Source: Alphaproteobacteria bacterium (lineage in GTDB: Bacteria; Pseudomonadota; Alphaproteobacteria; Bin95). Taken from it: a stretch of DNA of 64,000 bases. Of the stretch, positions 44,046 through 52,562 are shown in pieces. The translations under genes were made by a program, and so were the position numbers. The number at the start of each line of letters is the position of its first letter. Position 1 is the stretch's first letter. The notes under the pieces are model-generated. The model was not told the DNA's origin. It saw nothing but the letters and a program-made list of their open reading frames with translations, and did not search any database. The DNA lies in NCBI GenBank assembly GCA_964291285.2, contig OZ219788.1:512001-576000 (forward strand), written 5' to 3'.

Positions 44046-44792
44046 ATGGCGTCCGAGACCGGCAAGACGCCCCGGACCGTTGCCCTGTTCGCGACCTGCC
44101 TGGCCGACCTCGTCCGCCCGTCGGTCGCGTTCGCTTCCGTGCGCCTGCTGGAGGCGGCGGGATGCCGGGTGGACGTGCCGGCGGCGCAGACCTGCTGCGG
44201 CCAGCCCGCCTATAACAGCGGCGACCGCAGGCACGCCGCCCGGATCGCGCGGAAGACGGTGCGCGCCTTTCGCGGCTATGAGTGGATCGTGGTCCCCTCG
44301 GGGTCCTGCGCCGGCATGCTGCGCTGTCACTATGCCGACCTGCTGGGCGATGACGAGGGCTTCGGCGAGCGCGTCTGGGAACTGACCTCCTTCCTGGTCG
44401 ATGTCTGCGGGTTCGAGGGTATGCAGGCCCGCTGGCCGATGACCGCCGCCTATCACGACAGCTGCGCGGGCCTGCGGGAGCTCGGCGTGAAGGACCAGCC
44501 GCGCGCCCTGCTGGCCAAGGTGGAGGGACTCGAACTCGCCGAACTGCCCGATGCCGAGGTGTGCTGCGGCTTCGGCGGCACCTTCTGCGTCAAATATCCC
44601 GACATCTCGACCGCCATGGTCCGGGACAAGGCCGCCGCCGTGAAGAGCACAGGGGCCGGCGCGCTGCTGGCGGGCGACCTCGGCTGCCTGATGAACATGG
44701 CCGGGCGGCTCTCGCGCGAAGGAGCCAAGGTCGAGGTGCGCCATGTCGCGGAGGTGCTGGCCGGCATGGTGGACGAGACGCCGCCGCTATGA
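44046..44792 (+). CDS. lutA: Lactate utilisation Fe-S protein A
   Basis: QTCCGQPAYNSG, YHDSC, CCGFGGTF. Confidence 0.88.
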   Translation: MASETGKTPRTVALFATCLADLVRPSVAFASVRLLEAAGCRVDVPAAQTCCGQPAYNSGDRRHAARIARKTVRAFRGYEWIVVPSGSCAGMLRCHYADLLGDDEGFGERVWELTSFLVDVCGFEGMQARWPMTAAYHDSCAGLRELGVKDQPRALLAKVEGLELAELPDAEVCCGFGGTFCVKYPDISTAMVRDKAAAVKSTGAGALLAGDLGCLMNMAGRLSREGAKVEVRHVAEVLAGMVDETPPL

Positions 44793-46198
44793 GCTTCGCC
44801 GGGCCCGCCAATTTCCGTGTCAGCGCCGCCCGCGCGCTCGCCGACGAGCCGTTGCAGCGCGAGCTCGGAAAGTTCAGCCGCGGCTTCCAGGTCCGGCGCG
44901 TCGAGGCGGCCTCCCGGCTGCCGGAATTCGAGGCGCTTCGGGACCGGGCGCGCGACATCAAGAACCACTGCCTCGCCCATCTCGACTTCTACCTGGAGCG
45001 CTTCGAGGAGAACTGCCGCGCGGCCGGCGGCGAGGTGCACTGGTGCGCCACCGCCGGGGACGCCCGCCAGGCGATCCTCGCCATCTGCCGCCGCCTCGGC
45101 GCGAAAACCATGGCGAAGGGCAAGTCCATGGTCTCGGAGGAGATCGGGCTCAACGATTTCCTCGCCGAAAACGGCGTGCGCGCGGTCGAGACGGACCTCG
45201 GCGAATATATCCTCCAGCTTCGCGGCGAATCGCCGAGCCATATCGTGGCCCCGGCGATCCATGTCGCGACCGAGCAGTGGACCGAAGCCTTCCGCGCGGC
45301 GCACACCGACCGGCCGGCGGACCGCCCGCTCTCGGACGGCAACGAGATCATGGCGGAGGCCCGCGCCGTGCTGCGCGAGCAGTTCCTGGGCGCCGATGTC
45401 GGCCTGACGGGCGCCAATTTCCTGATCGCCGAGACCGGCTCCTCGGTCATCTTCACCAATGAGGGCAATGGCGACCTCTCGCAGACCCTGCCGCGCGCCC
45501 ATATCGTCATCGCCGGCATCGAGAAGGTGATCCCGACCCTGGAGGACCTCTCGGTGTTCATGCGCGTGCTGCCGCGCTCGGCGACCGGGCAGGAACTCAC
45601 CGTCTATACGACGCTCTCCACCGGCCCGCGCCGGCCGGAGGACCTCGACGGGCCGGAGGAATACCATGTCGTGTTGCTCGACAACGGGCGCGCGGACATG
45701 CTGGGCGGCGAATTCCAGGACATGCTGCGCTGCATACGCTGCGCGGCCTGCATGAATGCCTGCCCGGTCTACAAGCAGATCGGCGGCCACGCCTATGGCT
45801 GGGTCTATCCGGGGCCGATGGGCGCGGTGCTGACGCCGGGCCTGCGCGGCGTCGAGGAAGCGGGGCACCTGCCCAACGCCTCCACCTTCTGCGGCAAGTG
45901 CGAGGAGGTGTGCCCGGTCCGCATTCCCCTGCCGCGCATGATGCGCCACTGGCGCGAGCGCGAATTCTCCCGCCGCCTCAGTCCGGCCAGATTCCGCTAC
46001 GGGCTGGGCATATGGGCCTTCTTCGCCGCCCGCCCGGGGCTCTACCGGCCTTTTGCGGCCCTTGCCGCAAGAGTGCTCGGCGGCCGGAAGCCCTGGCGGC
46101 GGCTGCCGCTTGCCGGCGGCTGGACGGGCACACGCGACTTCCCGGCGTCGGAGGGCCGAAGCTTCATGAGCCTCTGGCGGGCGGGGCGGAGGCGCTGA
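44789..46198 (+). CDS. lutB: Lactate utilisation Fe-S protein B
   Basis: KGKSM, ETDLGEYI, CIRCAACMNACPVY, CPVRIPL. Confidence 0.92.
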   Translation: MSFAGPANFRVSAARALADEPLQRELGKFSRGFQVRRVEAASRLPEFEALRDRARDIKNHCLAHLDFYLERFEENCRAAGGEVHWCATAGDARQAILAICRRLGAKTMAKGKSMVSEEIGLNDFLAENGVRAVETDLGEYILQLRGESPSHIVAPAIHVATEQWTEAFRAAHTDRPADRPLSDGNEIMAEARAVLREQFLGADVGLTGANFLIAETGSSVIFTNEGNGDLSQTLPRAHIVIAGIEKVIPTLEDLSVFMRVLPRSATGQELTVYTTLSTGPRRPEDLDGPEEYHVVLLDNGRADMLGGEFQDMLRCIRCAACMNACPVYKQIGGHAYGWVYPGPMGAVLTPGLRGVEEAGHLPNASTFCGKCEEVCPVRIPLPRMMRHWREREFSRRLSPARFRYGLGIWAFFAARPGLYRPFAALAARVLGGRKPWRRLPLAGGWTGTRDFPASEGRSFMSLWRAGRRR

Positions 46199-46201
46199 GC
46201 C

Positions 46202-46633
46202 GTGGCATCGCGGGCGGCCCTGCATGAGCGGATCGTCGAGGCCGAAAACGCGCAGGCCGTCGAGGTCGGCATCGACCTGCGCCGGCTGAACGAGCCGGAT
46301 TCCCCGGTCTTCAACCGGGCCGAGAACTCGGCTCCCTTCTTCGTGGCGATGGGCGCAGTGTTCGCCGCGCTCTATTTCGGCGGCTGGGTCTGGGCGCTGG
46401 CCGTCGCCGGCACCGCGCTTATCCTGATGGCGACCGGCCTCCAGTATGTGCTCATGCTCCGGCTGCGCCGGCGGGCGCTCGCCTATGCGCTCTCCGATCC
46501 CGAGCGCTGGCAGCGGCTCTGGGACCTGGGCGGGCTGACGCTTCGCATACCGAGCCGGGACGACACGCTCGCCGAATCTCCCGAAGGGGACTGGACCCGT
46601 TTCGCCTCGCGGTATCTGGGGCCCCCGCAATGA
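46202..46633 (+). CDS. Hypothetical membrane protein
   Basis: Two hydrophobic segments; tightly packed between lutB and lutC. Confidence 0.7.
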   Translation: MASRAALHERIVEAENAQAVEVGIDLRRLNEPDSPVFNRAENSAPFFVAMGAVFAALYFGGWVWALAVAGTALILMATGLQYVLMLRLRRRALAYALSDPERWQRLWDLGGLTLRIPSRDDTLAESPEGDWTRFASRYLGPPQ

Positions 46634-47298
46634 GCGGCCGCGACGCTATTCTGGCCCGGATCAGGGCCGCCACCGGCGGCGCGAAGGGCGAAGCGGAAGA
46701 ACGGCTTGCCGCCCGGCCGAGCGGCCCCCGGCCGGCCCGCGCGGCCGACGACCCGCTTGAACGCTTCGCGGCCGAGGCGCGCGCGGCCGGCAGCACGGTT
46801 GCCGGTCCGGTGCCTCCGGAAGAGGTGCCGGCCGCGATCGCCGAGTGGCTTGTCAACGAAAACCTGCCGGCCCGCCTCGCCGCCTCGCCCGACCCGGCGC
46901 TCGACCGCTATCCCTGGAGCAGCCGCCCGCTGCTGACGCTGGAGCGCCGGCGGGCGGAGCCGGAGGACCGCGTGGCGCTCACGCCCTGTTTCGCGGGCGT
47001 CGCCGAGACCGGCACGCTCGCCATGCTCTCCGGGCCGGAGCGCCCGGTCACGCTCAACTTCCTGCCGGAGGCGCATATTGCGCTGGTGAGCGCGCGCGAC
47101 CTTGTGGGCGCCTATGAGGACCTCTGGGCGCGGATGCGCGCGGCGGGCGACACGCCTCGCACGGTCAACCTGATAACTGGGCCGTCGCGCAGCGCCGATA
47201 TCGGGCAGGAGTTGCGCATGGGCGCGCACGGGCCCCGGAGGCTGCATATCGTGCTGGTTGATGACAACGAGCCGGCGGAAGGCTCCGATGGCGGCTAA
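46630..47298 (+). CDS. lutC: Lactate utilisation protein C (LUD domain)
   Basis: AETGTL, ITGPSRSADI, GAHGPRRL. Confidence 0.88.
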   Translation: MSGRDAILARIRAATGGAKGEAEERLAARPSGPRPARAADDPLERFAAEARAAGSTVAGPVPPEEVPAAIAEWLVNENLPARLAASPDPALDRYPWSSRPLLTLERRRAEPEDRVALTPCFAGVAETGTLAMLSGPERPVTLNFLPEAHIALVSARDLVGAYEDLWARMRAAGDTPRTVNLITGPSRSADIGQELRMGAHGPRRLHIVLVDDNEPAEGSDGG

Positions 47299-47815
47299 CC
47301 GCGAAGATTTCGAAGTCTGGCGCCGGATGACGCAAAGCGTCCGGCCTCTGCCGGGCCGTCCCGCCCCGCCCGAACAGCGCCTGCCCGAGCCCGCGGCGGA
47401 GCGGGAGCCGGAGGAACCGCCGCCGCCCTCCTCCGGCGGCGCGGCGGCCGCGGCGCGCTCCGCCCCCACCGCCGGCAGCGGCATCGACAAGCGCACCGCG
47501 AGGCGCATCAGGCGCGGCGCCCTGCCCATCGACGCCCGGATCGACCTGCACGGCATGACGCGCGAGCAGGCCTGGCACCGCCTGACCCGCTTCATCGCCG
47601 AGAGCCAGGCGGCCGGGCGCCGGCTGGTGCTGGTCGTCACCGGCAAGGGCCGCAGGGTCGAGGACGGCATGGCGGTCGGAGTCATCCGCCGCGAGGCGCC
47701 GCTCTGGCTCGCGCGTCCGCCCAATGCCGCGCGCGTGCTGGACACGGCCCCGGCGCAGCCCCGCCATGGCGGCGATGGCGCGCTCTATGTCTATCTGCGG
47801 AAACCGAGGCCGTGA
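47288..47815 (+). CDS. Smr/MutS2 C-terminal domain protein
   Basis: IDLHGMT, VVTGKG, HGGDGALYV. Confidence 0.9.
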   Translation: MAANREDFEVWRRMTQSVRPLPGRPAPPEQRLPEPAAEREPEEPPPPSSGGAAAAARSAPTAGSGIDKRTARRIRRGALPIDARIDLHGMTREQAWHRLTRFIAESQAAGRRLVLVVTGKGRRVEDGMAVGVIRREAPLWLARPPNAARVLDTAPAQPRHGGDGALYVYLRKPRP

Positions 47816-49086
47816 CCCCGGCGGCGCGCATCGGCGCGGCCATCGAAGCTCTGGAGTCGATCGAGGAGACCGGCCGCCCGGCCGACGCCGTGCTGGGCGG
47901 CTTCTTCCGCGCCCGGCGCCATATCGGCGCGAGCGACCGCAAGGCGGTGGCGGAGCGGGTGTTCGGCGTGCTGCGCCGCCGCGCCCGGCTGGACTGGCAC
48001 CTGGCCCGCCGGGGCGTCGAGCCGACGGCGCGTGCGCGAATGCTGGTCCGCCTCCTGCTGGTGGACCGTCTGCAGGAGCCGGGGGCCGTCTTCGGGCGGG
48101 GCAGATACGCGCCCGCACCGCTCGACCCCGAGGAACTGGACCTGTTCATGGCGCTGGCCGGGGAACCGCTGGAGCCGCCGGAGATGCCGGCCGCCGTGCG
48201 CGCCGAATGCCCCGCCTGGGCCGAAAACGGGCTCAGGGAGAGCCTGGGCGGGGCCTTCGCCGAGGAAATGAAGGCGCTCGCCGGGCCCGCCCCGGTGGAC
48301 CTCCGCGTCAACGCGCTCAAGACGACGCGCCGCGAAGCACGCCGCCTCCTGTTTCGCGAGGGCATCCGCACCGAGCCGCTGGATGACGCCCCCTGGGCGC
48401 TGCGCTGCGAGGGCCGCCCGGCGCTCGGCCGCACGCGCGCCTTCCGCGAGGGCCTGATCGAAGTACAGGACGCGGGCTCGCAGCGCATTGCCCACGCGGT
48501 CGCAGCGGGACCGGGGATGCAGGTGGTCGATTTCTGCGCCGGCGCGGGCGGCAAGGCGCTCGCGCTCGCTGCCGACATGGACGGCAAGGGGCGCGTCGTC
48601 GCCACGGACGTGCATGACAAGCGCCTTGCGCGCCTCGGCGAGCGGATGCGCCGCGCGGGCGCACACAATATCGAGCGCCGCCTGCTGGAAAGCGAGCGCG
48701 ACCGCTGGGTCCGCCGCCAGCGCGGCAAGTTCGACCGCGTACTGGTCGATGCGCCCTGCACCGGCACCGGTTCCTGGCGGCGCAACCCGGACGCCCGCTG
48801 GACGCGCGAGGGCCCTCGCCTCGCGGAACTGACCGAGCTCCAGGGCCGCATCCTCGAAAGCGCCGCGCGGCTCGTGAAACCCGGCGGCCGGCTGGTCTAT
48901 GCCACCTGCTCGCTGCTCCGCGAGGAGAACGAGGCGCGCGTCGAGCACTTCCTGGAGGCCGCGCCCGGTTTCGCGCGCGCCGGAGACGACCTCCGCATTT
49001 CGCCCGCCCGGGACGGCTCGGACGGGTTCTATGCCGCCATTCTGGAACGGGAAGAGGCCCCATGCGCGAACGACTCCGCGACCTGA
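47812..49086 (+). CDS. RsmB/NOP family RNA m5C methyltransferase
   Basis: EVQDAGSQ, DFCAGAGGK, DAPCTGTG, YATCS. Confidence 0.92.
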   Translation: MTPAARIGAAIEALESIEETGRPADAVLGGFFRARRHIGASDRKAVAERVFGVLRRRARLDWHLARRGVEPTARARMLVRLLLVDRLQEPGAVFGRGRYAPAPLDPEELDLFMALAGEPLEPPEMPAAVRAECPAWAENGLRESLGGAFAEEMKALAGPAPVDLRVNALKTTRREARRLLFREGIRTEPLDDAPWALRCEGRPALGRTRAFREGLIEVQDAGSQRIAHAVAAGPGMQVVDFCAGAGGKALALAADMDGKGRVVATDVHDKRLARLGERMRRAGAHNIERRLLESERDRWVRRQRGKFDRVLVDAPCTGTGSWRRNPDARWTREGPRLAELTELQGRILESAARLVKPGGRLVYATCSLLREENEARVEHFLEAAPGFARAGDDLRISPARDGSDGFYAAILEREEAPCANDSAT

Positions 49087-49595
49087 TCGCCGAACGGGCG
49101 CTCTCCACCGGAGAGTTCACCCTCGCCTCCGGGGCGGGCACCGGATATTTCTTCGACATGAAGCGGGTGATGCTGGACCCGGAGGGCCTGACGCTCATCG
49201 CCGAAGCCTTCCTGGAGCGCATCCGAGGGGAGCCGGCGGACCATGTCGGCGGCATCGCCATGGGGGCGGTGCCCATCGTGTCGGCGGTCTGCGCATTGAG
49301 CCGCGCCACCCCGCGCCCGCGCCGGGCCTTCTTCGTGCGCAAGGAGACCAAGGACCACGGCACCGAACGGCGCGTGGAAGGCTATCTGCCCGAGGGCGGC
49401 GAGGTGCTGCTGTTCGAGGATGTGACCACCACCGGCGGCTCGGCGATGATCGCGGTGGAGGCCGCGCGCGCCGCCGGCTGCCGGGTGGAGACGCTCTACA
49501 CCGTGGTGGACCGGCTCGAGGGCGCGGAAGCCAATCTCGCCCGCGAAGGCATCCACCTCGCCCCGCTCTTCACCCGCGACGACTTCACGCTGTAG
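49062..49595 (+). CDS. pyrE: Orotate phosphoribosyltransferase
   Basis: GEFTLASG, VRKETKDHG, EDVTTTGGS. Confidence 0.9.
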   Translation: MRERLRDLIAERALSTGEFTLASGAGTGYFFDMKRVMLDPEGLTLIAEAFLERIRGEPADHVGGIAMGAVPIVSAVCALSRATPRPRRAFFVRKETKDHGTERRVEGYLPEGGEVLLFEDVTTTGGSAMIAVEAARAAGCRVETLYTVVDRLEGAEANLAREGIHLAPLFTRDDFTL

Positions 49596-49630
49596 AATCC
49601 GGGCCGAGGCTAACCGGGAGCGCGGCTGCC

Positions 49631-50065
49631 ATGTCGCGGACGGCAGATATCGACACGAGCGGCCTCCGGCGGTGCATCGGCACGCTTGAGACGGCGTTCG
49701 CGCATTTGCAGCAGGAAAGTCCGGACGGGCCGATGCGCGATGTCTTCCGGGCTGCCTGTGTCAAGGAATTCGAACTCGTGCTGGAAGTCGGCGGCGCCTT
49801 GCTGAGGCGACGCCTCAAGGACTTTTTCGCGAGCGGCCGCGAGGCCGACCGGCTGACCTTCCGGGACGCCTTCCGCCACGCCGCAAAACATGCACTCGTA
49901 ACCGCCGACGCCTGCGAACGGTGGCTGCAATACCGCGATGTCCGCAACGCCTCGGCGCACGATTATGGCGAGCGCTTCGCCGAGACGGCGCTGGAGCTCA
50001 TACCGGCATTCGTGGCTGACGCGCGGGCGCTGGCCGATGCCATCGAGGGCGAAGATGGTGGCTGA
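49631..50065 (+). CDS. HEPN-type nucleotidyltransferase substrate-binding protein (HI0074-like)
   Basis: ACVKEFE and an RX4H motif (RNASAH). Confidence 0.85.
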   Translation: MSRTADIDTSGLRRCIGTLETAFAHLQQESPDGPMRDVFRAACVKEFELVLEVGGALLRRRLKDFFASGREADRLTFRDAFRHAAKHALVTADACERWLQYRDVRNASAHDYGERFAETALELIPAFVADARALADAIEGEDGG

Positions 50066-50405
50066 CGGGCTTCTCCTGCATGAGCGCCACCGCGCCGCGC
50101 TCGAACGGCTCTTCGCCGAATATCTGCCCGAGGTCGAGGTCTGGGCTTATGGCAGCCGGGTCACCGGCCGCGCGCATGAAGGCAGCGACCTCGACCTGGC
50201 GCTGCGCGCGCCCGGCGGGGCCGAAATCGAACCCGTCCGGCTGGGTGCGCTCTGCCGTGCGCTGGAAGCCTCCACCATCCCCTTCCTCGTCCAACCGCAT
50301 GACTGGGCCCGCCTGCCCGACCGCTTCCGCCGGGAAATCGAGCGCCGGCACACGGTGCTGCGGCGCAGGCCGGAAACTCGCGAATTCGCGGACGGCCGTT
50401 CGTAA
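50055..50405 (+). CDS. Minimal nucleotidyltransferase (MNT)
   Basis: VWAYGSRVTG...SDLDL. Confidence 0.88.
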   Translation: MVADGLLLHERHRAALERLFAEYLPEVEVWAYGSRVTGRAHEGSDLDLALRAPGGAEIEPVRLGALCRALEASTIPFLVQPHDWARLPDRFRREIERRHTVLRRRPETREFADGRS

Positions 50406-50443
50406 CGAAACGCGGTCTGCCCCCCGGAGCGGGCTTCATCGCC

Positions 50444-50567
50444 GTCGATCTGCCCAGGCTCGCGGACATGTATATGCGCGGCCGGTTGAAGATCGACGAG
50501 CTGATAAGCCGTTCCTGCCCGCTGGAGCAGATCAACGAGGCCTATGACGCGCTGCAGGCGGGCGGGG
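50444..50567 (+). pseudogene. C-terminal fragment of a Zn-dependent alcohol dehydrogenase
   Basis: VDLPRLADMYMRGRLKIDELIS..PLEQINEAYDAL with no upstream body. Confidence 0.7.
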
Positions 50568-52562
50568 TTAGCCCCGCGCCGCGCTCAGCTGCGGGAATTC
50601 GGCCCGGAGTGCATCGAAGGCCGCGCGGACCTCCGTGCCGTCGCCCTTGCGCGCGTCCGGGTCGAGCATGTCGAGAGCGTCGAAGATCCGGTGCTTGGCG
50701 TAGAAGCGCCAGTGGACGGGCAGCGCCGCCAGGCATTGGGTGAGCGCGTCGTAATTGGCGTCCGTCCAGACGGCCTCGAAGGCCGCCCGCTCGGGGCCGA
50801 CATCGTAGAAGCCGTCCGCCTTCCCGCCGGCGCGGGCCGCGCGCAGCGCCTCGGTGGCGGGCCCGTCCACCGCGCCGTCGGCAATGACCACGCCGTAGGC
50901 CTCGCGCGCCTGCTCCGTCGAGACCCAGCCGCGCCGCCAGTCCAGCAGCACCGCCTCCGGATCGCGCCGGAACGGGTCGCCCCAGCCGCCCGCGCCGCCG
51001 CAGGTGACATGGATGATATCTCCGGGGCCGATGGTGAGGATGTCGGTGTTCTTCAGGTCCACCTCGCGGTTGGTCCCCGGATTCAGGATGAATTTCGACG
51101 CGCCGCCCGGGCGGCCGCCCTCGATGCCCCAGCCCGTGAAGATCGTCCGGTCCCGGTTGCGCGCCGTGACGCGGGTGTTCGGCGAGAACGCCTGGAACAC
51201 CAGCTCCGTGCCGAGCCCGCCGCGATGCAGGCCGGGCCCGGCCGAGTCGCGCGCAAGGCCGAAGCGCAGCACCTTGATGCCGGCCTCCGCCTCGTTCACT
51301 TCGGTCGGCGTGTTCTTCATGAAGCCCTGATTGGCGCCCGAGCCGTCCTGGCCGTCCTCCATCGCGCGCCCGCCGCCGCCGCCGCTCATCGGGCTGATCG
51401 CCGCCATGATCCGCCGGCCCGTGCGGTTGTCGATGGTGTTGACGTTCATGATCGGCCCGCCGGAACCGGGAGCGCCCGCCATGCGGTCCGGGGCCGCCTG
51501 GGCGAAAGCGCCGAAGGTGAGCCCGTGCAGGCGGTAGCAGCTGAGCGTGCGCATGCCGACCGCCGCGGGGAACTCCGGATTGACCATGGTGCCCGACGGC
51601 AGGATGCAGCGGCAGACGCGCGCGATGCCGGAGTTGAGGTAGAGCGACGGGTCCAGCGAATAGAGCACATAGGTCATGCCGACCAGCAGCAGCACGTGGC
51701 GTTCGTCGCCGCCGGTCGGCATGTTGAGCGAGGATTCGAGCTGCGGGTCGGACCCGGTGAAGTCGAAGACCAGCTCCTCGTCGCGGACGATCACCGTCAG
51801 CTTCATGCGGCAGGGCCGCCCGTCCACCGAGTCCTCGTCCATGTAATCCGCAAACGGGTAGCTGCCGTTCGGCAGGGTGCGGACGATGGCGCGCGCCTGG
51901 GCCTCGGCATAGTCCAGCAGGTCCGCCACGCCCTCGCGGAAAGTGTCCGCCCCGAAGCGGGCGATCATCTCGTGGACCTTGCGCTCGCCGGTGTTGCAGG
52001 CGGCGATCTGGGCCTTCAGGTCGCCCCAGTTCTGGTCGGGCGCGCGGACATTGGCGAGGAAGATGTCGAGCACCTGGCGGTTGAGTTCGCCCTCTTCGAG
52101 AATCTTTACGGGCGGGATGCGCACGCCCTCCTGGTGGATTTCCGACAGCGTGCGGGAAAGCGAGGCCGGCACCGCGCCGCCGACATCGGTGTTGTGGATG
52201 TGCCCGACGGAAAAGGCCACGATCTCGCCCTCGTGGAACACGGGCTTCCAGATGTGCATGTCCGGCGAATGGGTGGAGACGAAGCCCGAATAGGGGTCGT
52301 TCGTCATCGCGATGTCGCCCGGCCGGTAGTCGTCGATCATGGCGATGGCGCGCCCGTAATTCAGGCCGACGAACCAGGTGGCGCCGAGTTCCGTGGGCGT
52401 GGCGAAGGTCTCCCCCTCCGGCGTGGTGAGGCCGGTGGTGAAGTCCTCGGTCTCCTTGACGAAGGTCGAATGCGCCGTGCGGTAGAGCGTATAGGCCATG
52501 CTCTCCGCCGCCGCGCGGGTGTGGTTCTTCAGGATTTCCAGCGTGACCTTGTCGATGGGCAT
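50568..52562 (-). CDS. Hydantoinase B/oxoprolinase family
   Basis: NDPY..HSPD, HNTDVGG, EIHQEG, GAGGWGDP. Confidence 0.92.
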   Translation of the reverse strand: MPIDKVTLEILKNHTRAAAESMAYTLYRTAHSTFVKETEDFTTGLTTPEGETFATPTELGATWFVGLNYGRAIAMIDDYRPGDIAMTNDPYSGFVSTHSPDMHIWKPVFHEGEIVAFSVGHIHNTDVGGAVPASLSRTLSEIHQEGVRIPPVKILEEGELNRQVLDIFLANVRAPDQNWGDLKAQIAACNTGERKVHEMIARFGADTFREGVADLLDYAEAQARAIVRTLPNGSYPFADYMDEDSVDGRPCRMKLTVIVRDEELVFDFTGSDPQLESSLNMPTGGDERHVLLLVGMTYVLYSLDPSLYLNSGIARVCRCILPSGTMVNPEFPAAVGMRTLSCYRLHGLTFGAFAQAAPDRMAGAPGSGGPIMNVNTIDNRTGRRIMAAISPMSGGGGGRAMEDGQDGSGANQGFMKNTPTEVNEAEAGIKVLRFGLARDSAGPGLHRGGLGTELVFQAFSPNTRVTARNRDRTIFTGWGIEGGRPGGASKFILNPGTNREVDLKNTDILTIGPGDIIHVTCGGAGGWGDPFRRDPEAVLLDWRRGWVSTEQAREAYGVVIADGAVDGPATEALRAARAGGKADGFYDVGPERAAFEAVWTDANYDALTQCLAALPVHWRFYAKHRIFDALDMLDPDARKGDGTEVRAAFDALRAEFPQLSAARG

